NCBI GenBank assembly: GCA_964373495.1
Contig: CAYJUW010000002.1
Span: forward strand, 1-35,714
Direction of reading: 5' to 3'
DNA: 35,714 nucleotides
From: an uncultured Candidatus Saccharibacteria bacterium
Lineage (GTDB): Bacteria; Patescibacteriota; Minisyncoccia; Sungbacterales; SURF-37
How positions within the stretch are numbered: the first letter of the stretch is position 1; the number at the start of each line of letters is the position of its first letter. The notes below the pieces were generated by a model. It searched no databases. It was given only the letters and a program-made list of their open reading frames with translations, and was not told the DNA's origin. Both the position numbers and the translations under genes were made by a program. This document shows, piece by piece, positions 13,956 through 22,126 of the stretch.

Positions 13956-16445
13956 CTACGCCGGTGGCGGGTTGAGATCAACGGCCGGCGGCTGATCGGA
14001 GGGAACGGCAACGGCGATGGTCTCGCCTTTCCGGTATTTTCCGGCGAGGATGTCTTTGGCAATCTGGGCTTCTATCCGGTCCTGGATCACGCGCCTCAGC
14101 TCGCGGCCGCCGAAGACCGTGGCGTAGCCATGCTCGGCCAGCCAGTCCAGCGCCTCCGGAGACCAGGCGAGCGAGTAGCCCTGCGCCTCGATCCGCTTCT
14201 GCAAGCTTTTCAGCAGGAGCTCGGCCACTCGGCGAACGTCGGCCGGCGCCAGGAACTTATAGACCACCACGGCATCGAAGCGGTTCAAAAACTCCGGCCG
14301 GAAGGCCTGGGCCCGGAGCACGGCATCCACCAGTTGCCGCCGGAGCTCGTCGTAGGCAACGCCGGCCGCCAGCGACTCGCGGATGAACTCTGATCCGGCG
14401 TTGGAGGTGGCGATGATGATGGCATTGGTAAAATCAATGGGCTTGCCAAAGGCGTCGGTGGCCCGGCCTTCATCCAAAATCCGCAAAAAGAGATTCAGGA
14501 TATTGGGGTGGACCTTATCAATCTCATCCAAGAGGAGGAGCGAGAAGGGATGGGCCCGGACCTCGGTGGCCAGACGCCCCACGGCGTTCGCGGCCGGCGA
14601 TCCGATGAGCCGGTCAAGATCGCCCGGATTCTGGTACTCGGCCATGTCGAAGCGGAGCATCCGCTCCTCGGATCCGAAGTAGGCCTCGGCCAGGGCCTTG
14701 GCTGTCTCGGTCTTGCCCACGCCGGTGGGGCCCAAAAAGAGGAAAGTGCCGATGGGTTTCCCGCCAGCGGCCACGCCGGCGCGCTTGCGGCGCATGGCAT
14801 CGGCAATCGCGCTGATCGCTTCTTCCTGATCGACGACGCGCCGGTGGAGTTCGGCTTCGAGATTCACAAGCAGGGTCCGCTCCCGCGCCTCGACCGCGCC
14901 GAGCACGGCGCCGAACTTCCGCTCGAGAACGCGTAGAACGGCATCCGGACCGATGGCGTTGCCCGCGCCCTGGCCGCTCGCGAGGAACGTTTCCTCGAGG
15001 AGCGCTATGGCCTTCTCCGGGAAGGGGGTGCCGGCCAGGTAGTGGAGGCAGGATTCGAAAATTTTCTTCAGCGCCGGGTAGAGGATCAGCGCTCCGTGCT
15101 TCCGCTCGGCGGCGAGCGCGGCATCGGCCAGGATCAGCATGACCGTCTCCTCATCCGGCTCCTCCAAACGGATCTCGGCGAAGAGCGCGCCCACCGCCGG
15201 GTGCGCGGCCGCGGAGGAGGCGTAGCCCGCGGGCGTGGTCAGCCCGATGACCTTCACCCGCGGCGAGCGCAAAAAGGGCAGCATGGCCTCGGCCACCGCG
15301 CCCCCGGCTCCGGGCGCCAAGTAGAGCTCAATGTCCTCAATGACCAGGATGATGTTGCCGGCGGCTTCCACCTCTCCGAAGAGGCGTTCAAAGGCCGCGG
15401 CCATGCCCCCAGGCGTGGGCTCGCCGACGATCTCCTCCATGGCCAGGCGTCGGACCCGCCGGTAATTCAAAAGCGGCCGACTCCGCCCCTCGTAAACCCG
15501 GTCCGCGAACCCTTTGACCACGCTCATCTTGCCCACGCCCGGCTCGCCGATGACCATGGCGTTTGCGGCCTGCGATTTTGACAACGCCTCTTCGAGCTGG
15601 CCAATGGCCTTTTGGTGGGCAATGATGTGGAGCTCATCGTGGCTGGCGATCTGGATCGGCGCGCTCTTGCGGTCAAGGAAGGGCGTGTAGCCGTAGGCCC
15701 AGGTTTTGCCGATGCCGGAGCGCTCGGCCAGGCGCTCGGTGAAGGGCTGGGGCCGCGTATGCTCGGCGGCGATCGTGAACCAATGGGCCAGGTAGTCCAC
15801 ATCCGTGGGATTCAACCCGTGGGCCATGAGCAGCCGGGCCAAGGTTCGATCCAGGCCGGCGAGCGCGGCCAGGAAATCGGCGGAGAGAATGGCGCGGTGG
15901 CCGCGGCCGATGGCGGCGCGGACGGCGGCCCAAACAACGTCGGAGAAGCGGAACTCAGGCGGCCCCCCGGCCGGATAGGCCCGCTCCAGCTCGGCAAGAA
16001 AGGCCCGCCGGTCAATCGCGGTGCGGCGGAAGAAGAAATCGCCGAGCGGAGACGAGAGCAGCCGGTCGAGGAGCTCTTTCGGCGCCCCGAGCGCGTCAAA
16101 ATCACGGCTGGCCGAGAGCGTTGAGGCCGCCGAGAATTCGAGATACCACGGCCAATGCGCTTCGATCCCCGGGGGAATCGCATCGGGATTGGCCGGCAGC
16201 GGATTGATGCTCCGCCCCTGGTAGAACCGGATGAACCGCGCCAGGAGTGTTGATGCCCACCAGGCGCCAAAGCTGATCAGGGCCACACCGAAGAGGGTAT
16301 CGTCAGTGGTGATAAACGCTCCGGCGGCAAAGGCCGCGGCGGCAATGCCGGCGACCCAGCGCACGGCCCGGATGCGCTCGAGCGGGAACGAGCGCTCGAG
16401 CCGGGCGGCGGCAAAGAAGGGATGGTTCAAGAGCGCAAAGGTCAT
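13956..16445 (-). CDS. Membrane-anchored ClpA/ClpB-like double AAA+ ATPase (no Clp_N domain)
   Basis: Two N-terminal TM helices. NBD1 has GEPGVGKMS (Walker A Thr/Ser position is Met). NBD2 is canonical (GPTGVGKTETAKALA, LLLLDEIDKVHP, IIIATSNAG). The start ATG overlaps the upstream stop (ATGA at 16445-16442). Confidence 0.85.
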   Translation of the reverse strand: MTFALLNHPFFAAARLERSFPLERIRAVRWVAGIAAAAFAAGAFITTDDTLFGVALISFGAWWASTLLARFIRFYQGRSINPLPANPDAIPPGIEAHWPWYLEFSAASTLSASRDFDALGAPKELLDRLLSSPLGDFFFRRTAIDRRAFLAELERAYPAGGPPEFRFSDVVWAAVRAAIGRGHRAILSADFLAALAGLDRTLARLLMAHGLNPTDVDYLAHWFTIAAEHTRPQPFTERLAERSGIGKTWAYGYTPFLDRKSAPIQIASHDELHIIAHQKAIGQLEEALSKSQAANAMVIGEPGVGKMSVVKGFADRVYEGRSRPLLNYRRVRRLAMEEIVGEPTPGGMAAAFERLFGEVEAAGNIILVIEDIELYLAPGAGGAVAEAMLPFLRSPRVKVIGLTTPAGYASSAAAHPAVGALFAEIRLEEPDEETVMLILADAALAAERKHGALILYPALKKIFESCLHYLAGTPFPEKAIALLEETFLASGQGAGNAIGPDAVLRVLERKFGAVLGAVEARERTLLVNLEAELHRRVVDQEEAISAIADAMRRKRAGVAAGGKPIGTFLFLGPTGVGKTETAKALAEAYFGSEERMLRFDMAEYQNPGDLDRLIGSPAANAVGRLATEVRAHPFSLLLLDEIDKVHPNILNLFLRILDEGRATDAFGKPIDFTNAIIIATSNAGSEFIRESLAAGVAYDELRRQLVDAVLRAQAFRPEFLNRFDAVVVYKFLAPADVRRVAELLLKSLQKRIEAQGYSLAWSPEALDWLAEHGYATVFGGRELRRVIQDRIEAQIAKDILAGKYRKGETIAVAVPSDQPPAVDLNPPPA

Positions 16446-16807
16446 AGCAAAAATACGCCCCAAAGGAAGAGGAGCGGAATCAGGAGCGGGGCGATGAGCC
16501 AGGCGGCAACAAACCCAAACCCGGCGACGACCGCGCCCGCGCTCACGCAAAGGCCGACCGCAATCACCACGCTCCGGACCATCGCGCCCAAGACGCGGGA
16601 GATGAGGTTGCCGGCGAGAATGCCGAAAAAGCGGTTGGGGTCAAAGCCGCGGCCGTAGGCCTCGGCCACGCGGTGCCACGGCGAACACAGGGTTCGGGCC
16701 AGCCAGAGGATTGAAAAGTAATTGAAGAACCCGCTGAGCGCGCGTGCGGCGGCGCGGACCGCGCCGGAAAGCCCTTCGCCGTAGTGCCACGTAAGGTAGC
16801 TGAGCAT
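16442..16807 (-). CDS. Small membrane protein translationally coupled to the Clp-like ATPase
   Basis: Start taken at MLSYLTWHYGEG. Three hydrophobic helices. 4-nt ATGA overlap with the downstream gene. Confidence 0.55.
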   Translation of the reverse strand: MLSYLTWHYGEGLSGAVRAAARALSGFFNYFSILWLARTLCSPWHRVAEAYGRGFDPNRFFGILAGNLISRVLGAMVRSVVIAVGLCVSAGAVVAGFGFVAAWLIAPLLIPLLFLWGVFLL

Positions 16808-16857
16808 GTTGTGGGGAGATGTGTACTGAAAGTATATCAAAATCGCCCCCGGAAACG

Positions 16858-16891
16858 AACACCGGGCGCGCCTGCAGGCGCGCCCGGTGTT
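16858..16891. terminator. 34-nt perfect palindrome AACACCGGGCGCGCCTGCAGGCGCGCCCGGTGTT
   Basis: 17-bp arms with no loop, followed by TTTT on the + strand. Lies between tRNA-Met and the membrane-protein gene. Confidence 0.5.
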
Positions 16892-17133
16892 TTCGTGTCC
16901 GGATTTCCATCTGGCCTTTGGCTGCGGGTGGGGCAAACTCGTTTCAATAGAGTTTGCCGGAAGCAAAAACTCCCCGGACAATTGCGACGACAGTTTTTTG
17001 CCCGAGGCGTTGCCGAGGATAGAAGGAGTAATTGTGAACCACGTTTGAGTGTCACTTACCCGCCAACTTTTTGTGGCCGGGTGAGAACCGAACTTACGAC
17101 AACCGCTTTACTCGCTCGCCAAAATTTTGCAAT

Positions 17134-17206
17134 TGCCGGTGGCAGGAATTGAACCTGCGACCTAACGCTTATGAAGCGCTCGCTCTTACCACTGAGCTAC
17201 ACCGGC
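17134..17206 (-). tRNA. tRNA with CAU anticodon, elongator type (Met, or Ile2 if lysidine-modified), no encoded CCA
   Basis: GCCGGTG TA GCTC AGTGGTAA GAGC G AGCGC TTCATAA GCGTT AGGTC GCAGG TTCAATT CCTGC CACCGGC A. G1-C72 is paired. Confidence 0.85.
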
Positions 17207-17308
17207 AAGATTCTTTGATTTCCTAGAGCACCAACCCCCACCGCCAACGCAAAAACTATACCGTCATTACGACATTTCCGCAAGATCAGCGCTGTGGCGT
17301 TTTACGGC

Positions 17309-17851
17309 TTATCCAAGCGCCCGTACCAGTACCGACACTTCAAACTTGGGATTCGCCACCACCCAGCGGTAGATTGCCGGGCTTACCATGACCGCGAAGA
17401 TGACATTCCCGAGGAGGTGGAGAATGGTGAAAGGAATCTGCCCGACGAGCGCCTCTATAAAGGACTGCCCAAAGGCGATCGGACCCACGGTGAGGCCGGT
17501 CAGCGCATCGTAGGCAATGGTGCCGATGATGGCATAGCCGAGGAAGTTCGTTGTCGTGGCCTCGCGCCTCTGGAAAAATACTGCAGCGCCGATGCCGACG
17601 AACCCATAGGCCACCCCGGTGATCACGGTCCAAATACCGAGGAGACCGGTTACCGCATCGTAGATGACAATAGAGAGAAAGCCGAAGGCGAACGCCCCGA
17701 ACCAGCCGTAGCGCTTGGCAAATGGCATCAGTGTCGTCAATACCGGCTCGACGTTCGGCGGCCGGAACGGGATTAACCGCACCGCAAAAACAACGGCCCA
17801 CCCGATGATGAATTTCACCGTACCATCCAGCTTATGAGAGAACTGCCGCAT
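17309..17851 (-). CDS. Multi-TM membrane protein, candidate cobalamin/corrinoid uptake component (ECF S-component-like)
   Basis: Six or so hydrophobic helices, including an RLIPFRPPNVEPV segment. Lies immediately downstream of the cobalamin riboswitch terminator. Start taken at MRQFSHK. Confidence 0.7.
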   Translation of the reverse strand: MRQFSHKLDGTVKFIIGWAVVFAVRLIPFRPPNVEPVLTTLMPFAKRYGWFGAFAFGFLSIVIYDAVTGLLGIWTVITGVAYGFVGIGAAVFFQRREATTTNFLGYAIIGTIAYDALTGLTVGPIAFGQSFIEALVGQIPFTILHLLGNVIFAVMVSPAIYRWVVANPKFEVSVLVRALG

Positions 17852-17870
17852 ACATGTTGACGCCGTTACC

Positions 17871-18040
<170 letters not shown>

Positions 18041-18168
18041 ACAATATATACTTATACTCTTATCCTACCCGTGCCTCTGTACGGCGCAAGGCCGACTATA
18101 CACAGGTTACTATGAAAAAGGGCTTCAGTTGTACGACAACCGAAACCCGATGAGCGAAAGCGTGCGCC

Positions 18169-18840
18169 TTAGCGCGTCTCCACGATCTCAACCCGCGGTG
18201 GCTCGCGGAGAATCCGCGCCTCGCGATACCGGAATGGGTCGGCAAAGAGTTGGATAATCTCCCCCGCCACCCACACAGGATCGAGCATCGTGCTCGTGTC
18301 CTTGTCGGTGTACTGCCAGAACGGCGTCCGCATGCCGGCCGGTGCCGCAACGAGGGTCTTCCCGATACGACCATCGAGCGACAATGAATTCGCGAGCATA
18401 GCGAGACCGGCTTTAACCGCGGTATAGACCGGCTCGTACTTACGCGGCACCCATTGTGATGTAGACGTGATCGCGATGAACCCGGGTAGTTTACGATAAT
18501 ACATCAGGATCTCGCGGACGAAGAGCGCCGGCGCGCAGAGCCCCACATCCAGCATGGCATCAATCTTTCCGGGACTAAGATCGGTGATGCCTCCTTCTTG
18601 GTAGAACCCCGCCGCGTAGACGAAAAGGTTAACGCCGGAAAGCACGTTCACCACATCGCTGATCCGATGCTCGAGTGGCCTCACCCCTTGGGTATCAAAG
18701 GCCATGAATTCCCCCGGCACAGCTCTCGCCTTACGGCCTGTCGCGTAGACCATCCACCCGGCCTGCTCGAGAATCGTCCCGATCGCGAGTCCGAGGCCGG
18801 AGGTCCCCCCGACGATGAGCGCTCGGTTTGGCTCTGCCAT
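18169..18840 (-). CDS. Short-chain dehydrogenase/reductase (SDR)
   Basis: GGTSGLGLAIG Rossmann motif and YTAVKAGL (YxxxK). GAGGAGGG precedes the ATG at 18840. Confidence 0.85.
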   Translation of the reverse strand: MAEPNRALIVGGTSGLGLAIGTILEQAGWMVYATGRKARAVPGEFMAFDTQGVRPLEHRISDVVNVLSGVNLFVYAAGFYQEGGITDLSPGKIDAMLDVGLCAPALFVREILMYYRKLPGFIAITSTSQWVPRKYEPVYTAVKAGLAMLANSLSLDGRIGKTLVAAPAGMRTPFWQYTDKDTSTMLDPVWVAGEIIQLFADPFRYREARILREPPRVEIVETR

Positions 18841-18850
18841 ACGTCCCTCC

Positions 18851-19150
18851 TCACCTGACCGGCGACTGCACCGGCGGCGCGGGATTGGCGGAACGAGGAT
18901 CACGCCACACGCCATCCGGACCTTTCACGCCTTGCGGCACTTGAAAGAACTTCCCGATGGACTGGCCGGTATCCGCACGCTTCCACGTGCCGCCCGGACC
19001 CTCGACGGCAATACTCACGAACTCGCCGTCCCGGAAATACTTCGCTGTCCCGTCCGGCAAAACGAGGATCCCCGCGTCGGCAAGCGCGACGGGAACACCG
19101 GCCGCCACGAGGCACACCGCCAACAACAACGCCCCAAAGAACTGTTTCAT
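18851..19150 (-). CDS. Small secreted protein (99 aa), hypothetical
   Basis: Signal-peptide-like MKQFFGALLLAVCLVAAGVPVALA. GAGGAGG precedes the ATG. Confidence 0.55.
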   Translation of the reverse strand: MKQFFGALLLAVCLVAAGVPVALADAGILVLPDGTAKYFRDGEFVSIAVEGPGGTWKRADTGQSIGKFFQVPQGVKGPDGVWRDPRSANPAPPVQSPVR

Positions 19151-19295
19151 CGTCCCCTCCTCACGAAAAATTGAAGTGTAAAGAATTCGTAACAAAGCCC
19201 GGGGCCTCTGTCAGGAGTGTGTACGAGACGAGTGCATTCGGTAGCCCGCCTTCTCCCACTTACAGCGGGCTTCGGCGAGGCAAAGATTTTGTGCA

Positions 19296-19326
19296 CCAAA
19301 AATCGAACGCCGTTGAGCGTCCGATT
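19296..19326 (-). terminator. Rho-independent terminator after the initiator tRNA
   Basis: Minus strand reads AAAAATCGGACGC-TCAACG-GCGTTCGATTTTT. Confidence 0.65.
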
Positions 19327-19340
19327 TTTGAACAAAATCT

Positions 19341-19411
19341 TTGCGGGACCAGGATTTGCACCTGGGCCTCGAGGTTATGAGCCTCGCGACGTACTACTCG
19401 TCCATCCCGCG
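19341..19411 (-). tRNA. Initiator tRNA-fMet (CAU) with atypical D/T loops, no encoded CCA
   Basis: CGCGGGA TG GACG AGTAGTA CGTC G CGAGG CTCATAA CCTCG AGGC CCAGG TGCAAAT CCTGG TCCCGCA A. It has a C1·A72 mismatch and A73 as in bacterial initiators. The D loop lacks GG and the T loop reads TGC rather than TTC. Confidence 0.75.
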
Positions 19412-19551
19412 GCGCTATCCTAGCGCACCCCAAAAAGGAATGCAACCTTTATGCAATCCAATGGCCGCGAGCCATTGACAAGAGCGCCGAAAGGCGCTTT
19501 TGTTGTTGTAGCCAGAACTCCACAACGCAACGACCAAACAGGAGGTTCCCG

Positions 19552-19668
19552 ATGACAACGACTCTTGGATTCGAGCAAAAGCTCTGTGCATGTCCCTCAA
19601 CTATCACCACAGAAGAGAAGTGGGAGCTCGTTCCGTCGTTATTCCTTGGTAAGCTCACCTACTTCTGA
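19552..19668 (+). CDS. Possible micro-ORF (38 aa)
   Basis: AGGAGG 5 nt upstream of the ATG. Weak codon bias. Confidence 0.25.
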   Translation: MTTTLGFEQKLCACPSTITTEEKWELVPSLFLGKLTYF

Positions 19669-19689
19669 CGCCGCCACTGCGGCCGTCCG

Positions 19690-19830
19690 ATGCTTCGAGT
19701 CCGTCTTTTCACCCATCGAAGTTGCGAGAGGTGCGGAAAGTCGGATCGGTACAGAATCCGCAATAATCTCTCCTGGAACGGACCGTACGGGGAATGTGCT
19801 GACTGCAAGGAAAGAGTGCCAGCATCCTAA
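19690..19830 (+). CDS. Possible zinc-ribbon micro-protein (46 aa)
   Basis: CERC-x20-CADC pattern. No obvious SD. Confidence 0.3.
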   Translation: MLRVRLFTHRSCERCGKSDRYRIRNNLSWNGPYGECADCKERVPAS

Positions 19831-19849
19831 CCAAAGAAGGAGGAAGCGT

Positions 19850-20098
19850 ATGAACCGACACGCTGGCCTACGACTCATCGGATGGTTCTTCCTTGCCCAT
19901 ACGGCGTGGTCCACGCCCTTGGGAGGGGGTGGCAAGGTGTTTCTCGCGAGCCCCGACTTCACAAATAAGAAGGATTGTGAGGAAGCGGCGGGATGGGTTA
20001 AAAGAAAGGGCGGCGATCCTTCCGAGTGCTGGCACTCGGCAACGCCGCGAGACAACGCCGGAGGACTCCCGCAGGAAGTGGCGCCGAGCTCCCGCTAG
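19850..20098 (+). CDS. Small protein with N-terminal hydrophobic segment (82 aa), hypothetical
   Basis: AAGGAGGA 5 nt before the ATG. A strong terminator follows. Confidence 0.5.
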   Translation: MNRHAGLRLIGWFFLAHTAWSTPLGGGGKVFLASPDFTNKKDCEEAAGWVKRKGGDPSECWHSATPRDNAGGLPQEVAPSSR

Positions 20099-20117
20099 CG
20101 AGCAGGGCTCACCCATC

Positions 20118-20152
20118 GAGCTCCGGCCAACCGGCCGGGGCTCTTTCTTTTT
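20118..20152 (+). terminator. Rho-independent terminator
   Basis: GAGCTCCGGCC-AACC-GGCCGGGGCTC + TTTCTTTTT. Confidence 0.75.
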
Positions 20153-20181
20153 CGCGATCACCGCGGTATACTCCCTCTGCC

Positions 20182-20382
20182 GTGATCAAGAAAATCAAGG
20201 GTAAATATGTGGTTCTATCGGAGACCATGGCTAGGTCCCGACGAAAGTCGGGCCGCCACCCCGGCCGCAGAGGCGGCCTAGGGGCCGGGCGCCCGTTCGG
20301 AGCGTATCGTACCAGGGCTGAAGCGGAGAAACGGCTCCGGCAGATCGAGATGTTCAAACATCTGGCGAAACGGAAAAAATAA
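20182..20382 (+). CDS. Small basic protein (66 aa, GTG start), hypothetical
   Basis: Reads (M)IKKIKGKYVVLSE … YRTRAEAEKRLRQIEMFKHLAKRKK. TATACT lies 9 nt upstream of the GTG, so the mRNA may be near-leaderless. Confidence 0.4.
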   Translation: MIKKIKGKYVVLSETMARSRRKSGRHPGRRGGLGAGRPFGAYRTRAEAEKRLRQIEMFKHLAKRKK

Positions 20383-20386
20383 TTCT

Positions 20387-20461
20387 GGGCCCGCGGACCA
20401 GCCAGGAGTGGTCGCCTCCTTGTCACGGAGGAAATCGAGGGTTCGAATCCCTTCGGGCCCG
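20387..20461 (+). tRNA. tRNA-Asp (GUC), no encoded CCA
   Basis: GGGCCCG CG GACC AGCCAGGAGT GGTC G CCTCC TTGTCAC GGAGG AAATC GAGGG TTCGAAT CCCTT CGGGCCC G. Confidence 0.85.
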
Positions 20462-20468
20462 CTATAGC

Positions 20469-20502
20469 AAAATCTCCCGTGCTTTCATGGTACGGGAGAT
20501 TT
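20469..20502. terminator. Hairpin AAATCTCCCGT-(12 nt)-ACGGGAGATTT after tRNA-Asp
   Basis: 11-bp stem flanked by A and T runs. Confidence 0.55.
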
Positions 20503-20539
20503 CGCTATGAATAGGTTTTGAGAGGGATTCGAAGGGTAT

Positions 20540-20571
20540 CCCGAAAACGCAAACTGCTTTGCGTTTTCGGG
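20540..20571. repeat. 14-bp perfect-stem hairpin CCCGAAAACGCAAA-CTGC-TTTGCGTTTTCGGG
   Basis: Read directly. Lies inside the segment bounded by the tRNA-Asp 3'-end duplication. Confidence 0.6.
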
Positions 20572-20633
20572 AACCCGGGCTCTGGCGGAGGAGCGAGCTT
20601 CCGCCGCAGGCGGCGCGAGCGACGGAGGAAGAG

Positions 20634-20651
20634 GAATCCCTTCGGGCCCGC
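20634..20651 (+). repeat. 18-nt exact duplicate of the tRNA-Asp 3' end (GAATCCCTTCGGGCCCGC; original at 20445-20462)
   Basis: Read directly. Same orientation, 189 nt downstream of the original. Confidence 0.85.
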
Positions 20652-20666
20652 CGATAAATTTAATCT

Positions 20667-20699
20667 AAAAAAATCTGCCAACGGTTTTACAGTTGGCAG
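20667..20699 (-). terminator. Rho-independent terminator of 20720..20944
   Basis: Minus strand reads CTGCCAAC-TGTAAAACC-GTTGGCAG + ATTTTTTT. Confidence 0.7.
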
Positions 20700-20719
20700 G
20701 ACGCATCTCGACCGCTCGG

Positions 20720-20944
20720 TCATTCTCCCCCACGAGCGACAATCTTCCCCGCGTGAAGGTCTACCACGTGCCAGTACTTCGACCTCTCATCGCCTGCGGC
20801 AGTCCGCGCTGCCGCTGCCGCCTCCTCAGCAGAGTCGAAGGAACGAGCAGGCGAATCGTCTGTACCGTTGTCCTCCGTGAGAACATCCGCCCAGCCGCCT
20901 ACGGCCTCGTAGTACATTGCCACGAAAGCGACGTATCGCTTCAT
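20720..20944 (-). CDS. Hypothetical acidic small protein (74 aa)
   Basis: GGAGGTGA 6 nt upstream of the ATG (MKRYVAFVAMYYE…). A terminator follows. Confidence 0.5.
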   Translation of the reverse strand: MKRYVAFVAMYYEAVGGWADVLTEDNGTDDSPARSFDSAEEAAAAARTAAGDERSKYWHVVDLHAGKIVARGGE

Positions 20945-21367
20945 CACGCTATCACCTCCGTCCTCGTGGATTGTACTTTGAAGTGCAACATTTTTATAGC
21001 CACAATAGCTATAAAATTTGCACTCCCGCTTTATCAAAGAGCGGGGAAACTGTAGGTATTACCTACGCTTTCCTCACCCTTCGCCTTAGAAGCCCTGTCT
21101 TTATGCCGTAATTCAAGGTGTTGCACTTGAGGGGTCAAGGTGCCTCTTTCTCGCTAACTTTACATTAGCATAACTTATACTAGATGTCCAGGCCACCGCG
21201 TGGAGCGCTGGTTCACGCAGATGGACTAAATTCTGGAATCTAAATACACTCTGCTTGTCGCCGCAACACGGTTCTCCTTCGACACCGCTCAGGACAAGTA
21301 ACGTTATCCGCGACGTCCCGCCTTCGCTCGCTGTAGCGAGCTTTGGCGGGTGAAACCCGCACGTACC

Positions 21368-22117
21368 ATGTACTTCCGCCAAATCATCCACGAAGAAAAA
21401 TCCTGCCTCTCCTACCTCATCGGCTGCACCGAGTACGGCGTGGCGGCAGTCATTGATGCGCAGGGTGATCCGGCTCCGTACACGAACCTTGCCGCCCGGA
21501 ACGGCATGAACATCGCCGCCGTCTTTGAGACGCACACCCAGGCCGACCATTACGCCACCACGCAGGAACTCGCCCGGCTCACGGGAGCGCCCGTATACCT
21601 CGGCCCCGGCGCACAGGCGCGCTTCGCCCATGAAACGCTCGCCGATGGCCAGGAGATAAAAATAGGAAACCGCCGTTTCAAAGCATTCCACACGCCCGGC
21701 CATACGCCCGAGCACGTATGTATTCTCGTAAACGACTGGTTGCTCCTCACTGGCGATACCCTCTTCGTCGGCGACGTGGGGCGAATTGACCTGCCCTCAG
21801 AAGCTATCGGCGAGGACTACCGCCGCGCGAACGCCGCGAAGCTCTACGCGAGCCTCCAGCGGCTACTCGCGCTCCCAGAATGGACCGAAATCTACCCGGC
21901 GCACTACGGCGGTTCGGTCTGCGGCCGCGGCATTGACGGCAAACCAAGCTCGACGATCGGCCGCGAGCGCCGGAAGAACGAAGCACTCCAGCTCTCGAGA
22001 GATGACTTCGTTGCCTTCCAGCTCTCTAATCCCCCAGCCCGGCCGGAAGGATTTCTCGCCATTGTGAGTGCCAACCGCGGTGAGATGGTTCTGCCGGGAC
22101 CGCCGCGCGGCACATAA
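21368..22117 (+). CDS. MBL-fold metallo-hydrolase (glyoxalase II / persulfide-dioxygenase-like)
   Basis: MYFRQI…SYLIG opening, metal motif ETHTQADH, HTPGHTPEH, and GDTLFVGDVGR. Confidence 0.85.
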   Translation: MYFRQIIHEEKSCLSYLIGCTEYGVAAVIDAQGDPAPYTNLAARNGMNIAAVFETHTQADHYATTQELARLTGAPVYLGPGAQARFAHETLADGQEIKIGNRRFKAFHTPGHTPEHVCILVNDWLLLTGDTLFVGDVGRIDLPSEAIGEDYRRANAAKLYASLQRLLALPEWTEIYPAHYGGSVCGRGIDGKPSSTIGRERRKNEALQLSRDDFVAFQLSNPPARPEGFLAIVSANRGEMVLPGPPRGT

Positions 22118-22126
22118 CGCTCACCC

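Noticed and set aside
16858-16891. Palindrome containing GGCGCGCC-TGCA-GGCGCGCC (AscI/SbfI-like sites), which could suggest a cloning-vector artefact
   Set aside because: The flanks are ordinary genomic sequence, the arms extend beyond the restriction-site-like words, and the position between a tRNA and the next gene fits a natural hairpin or terminator.
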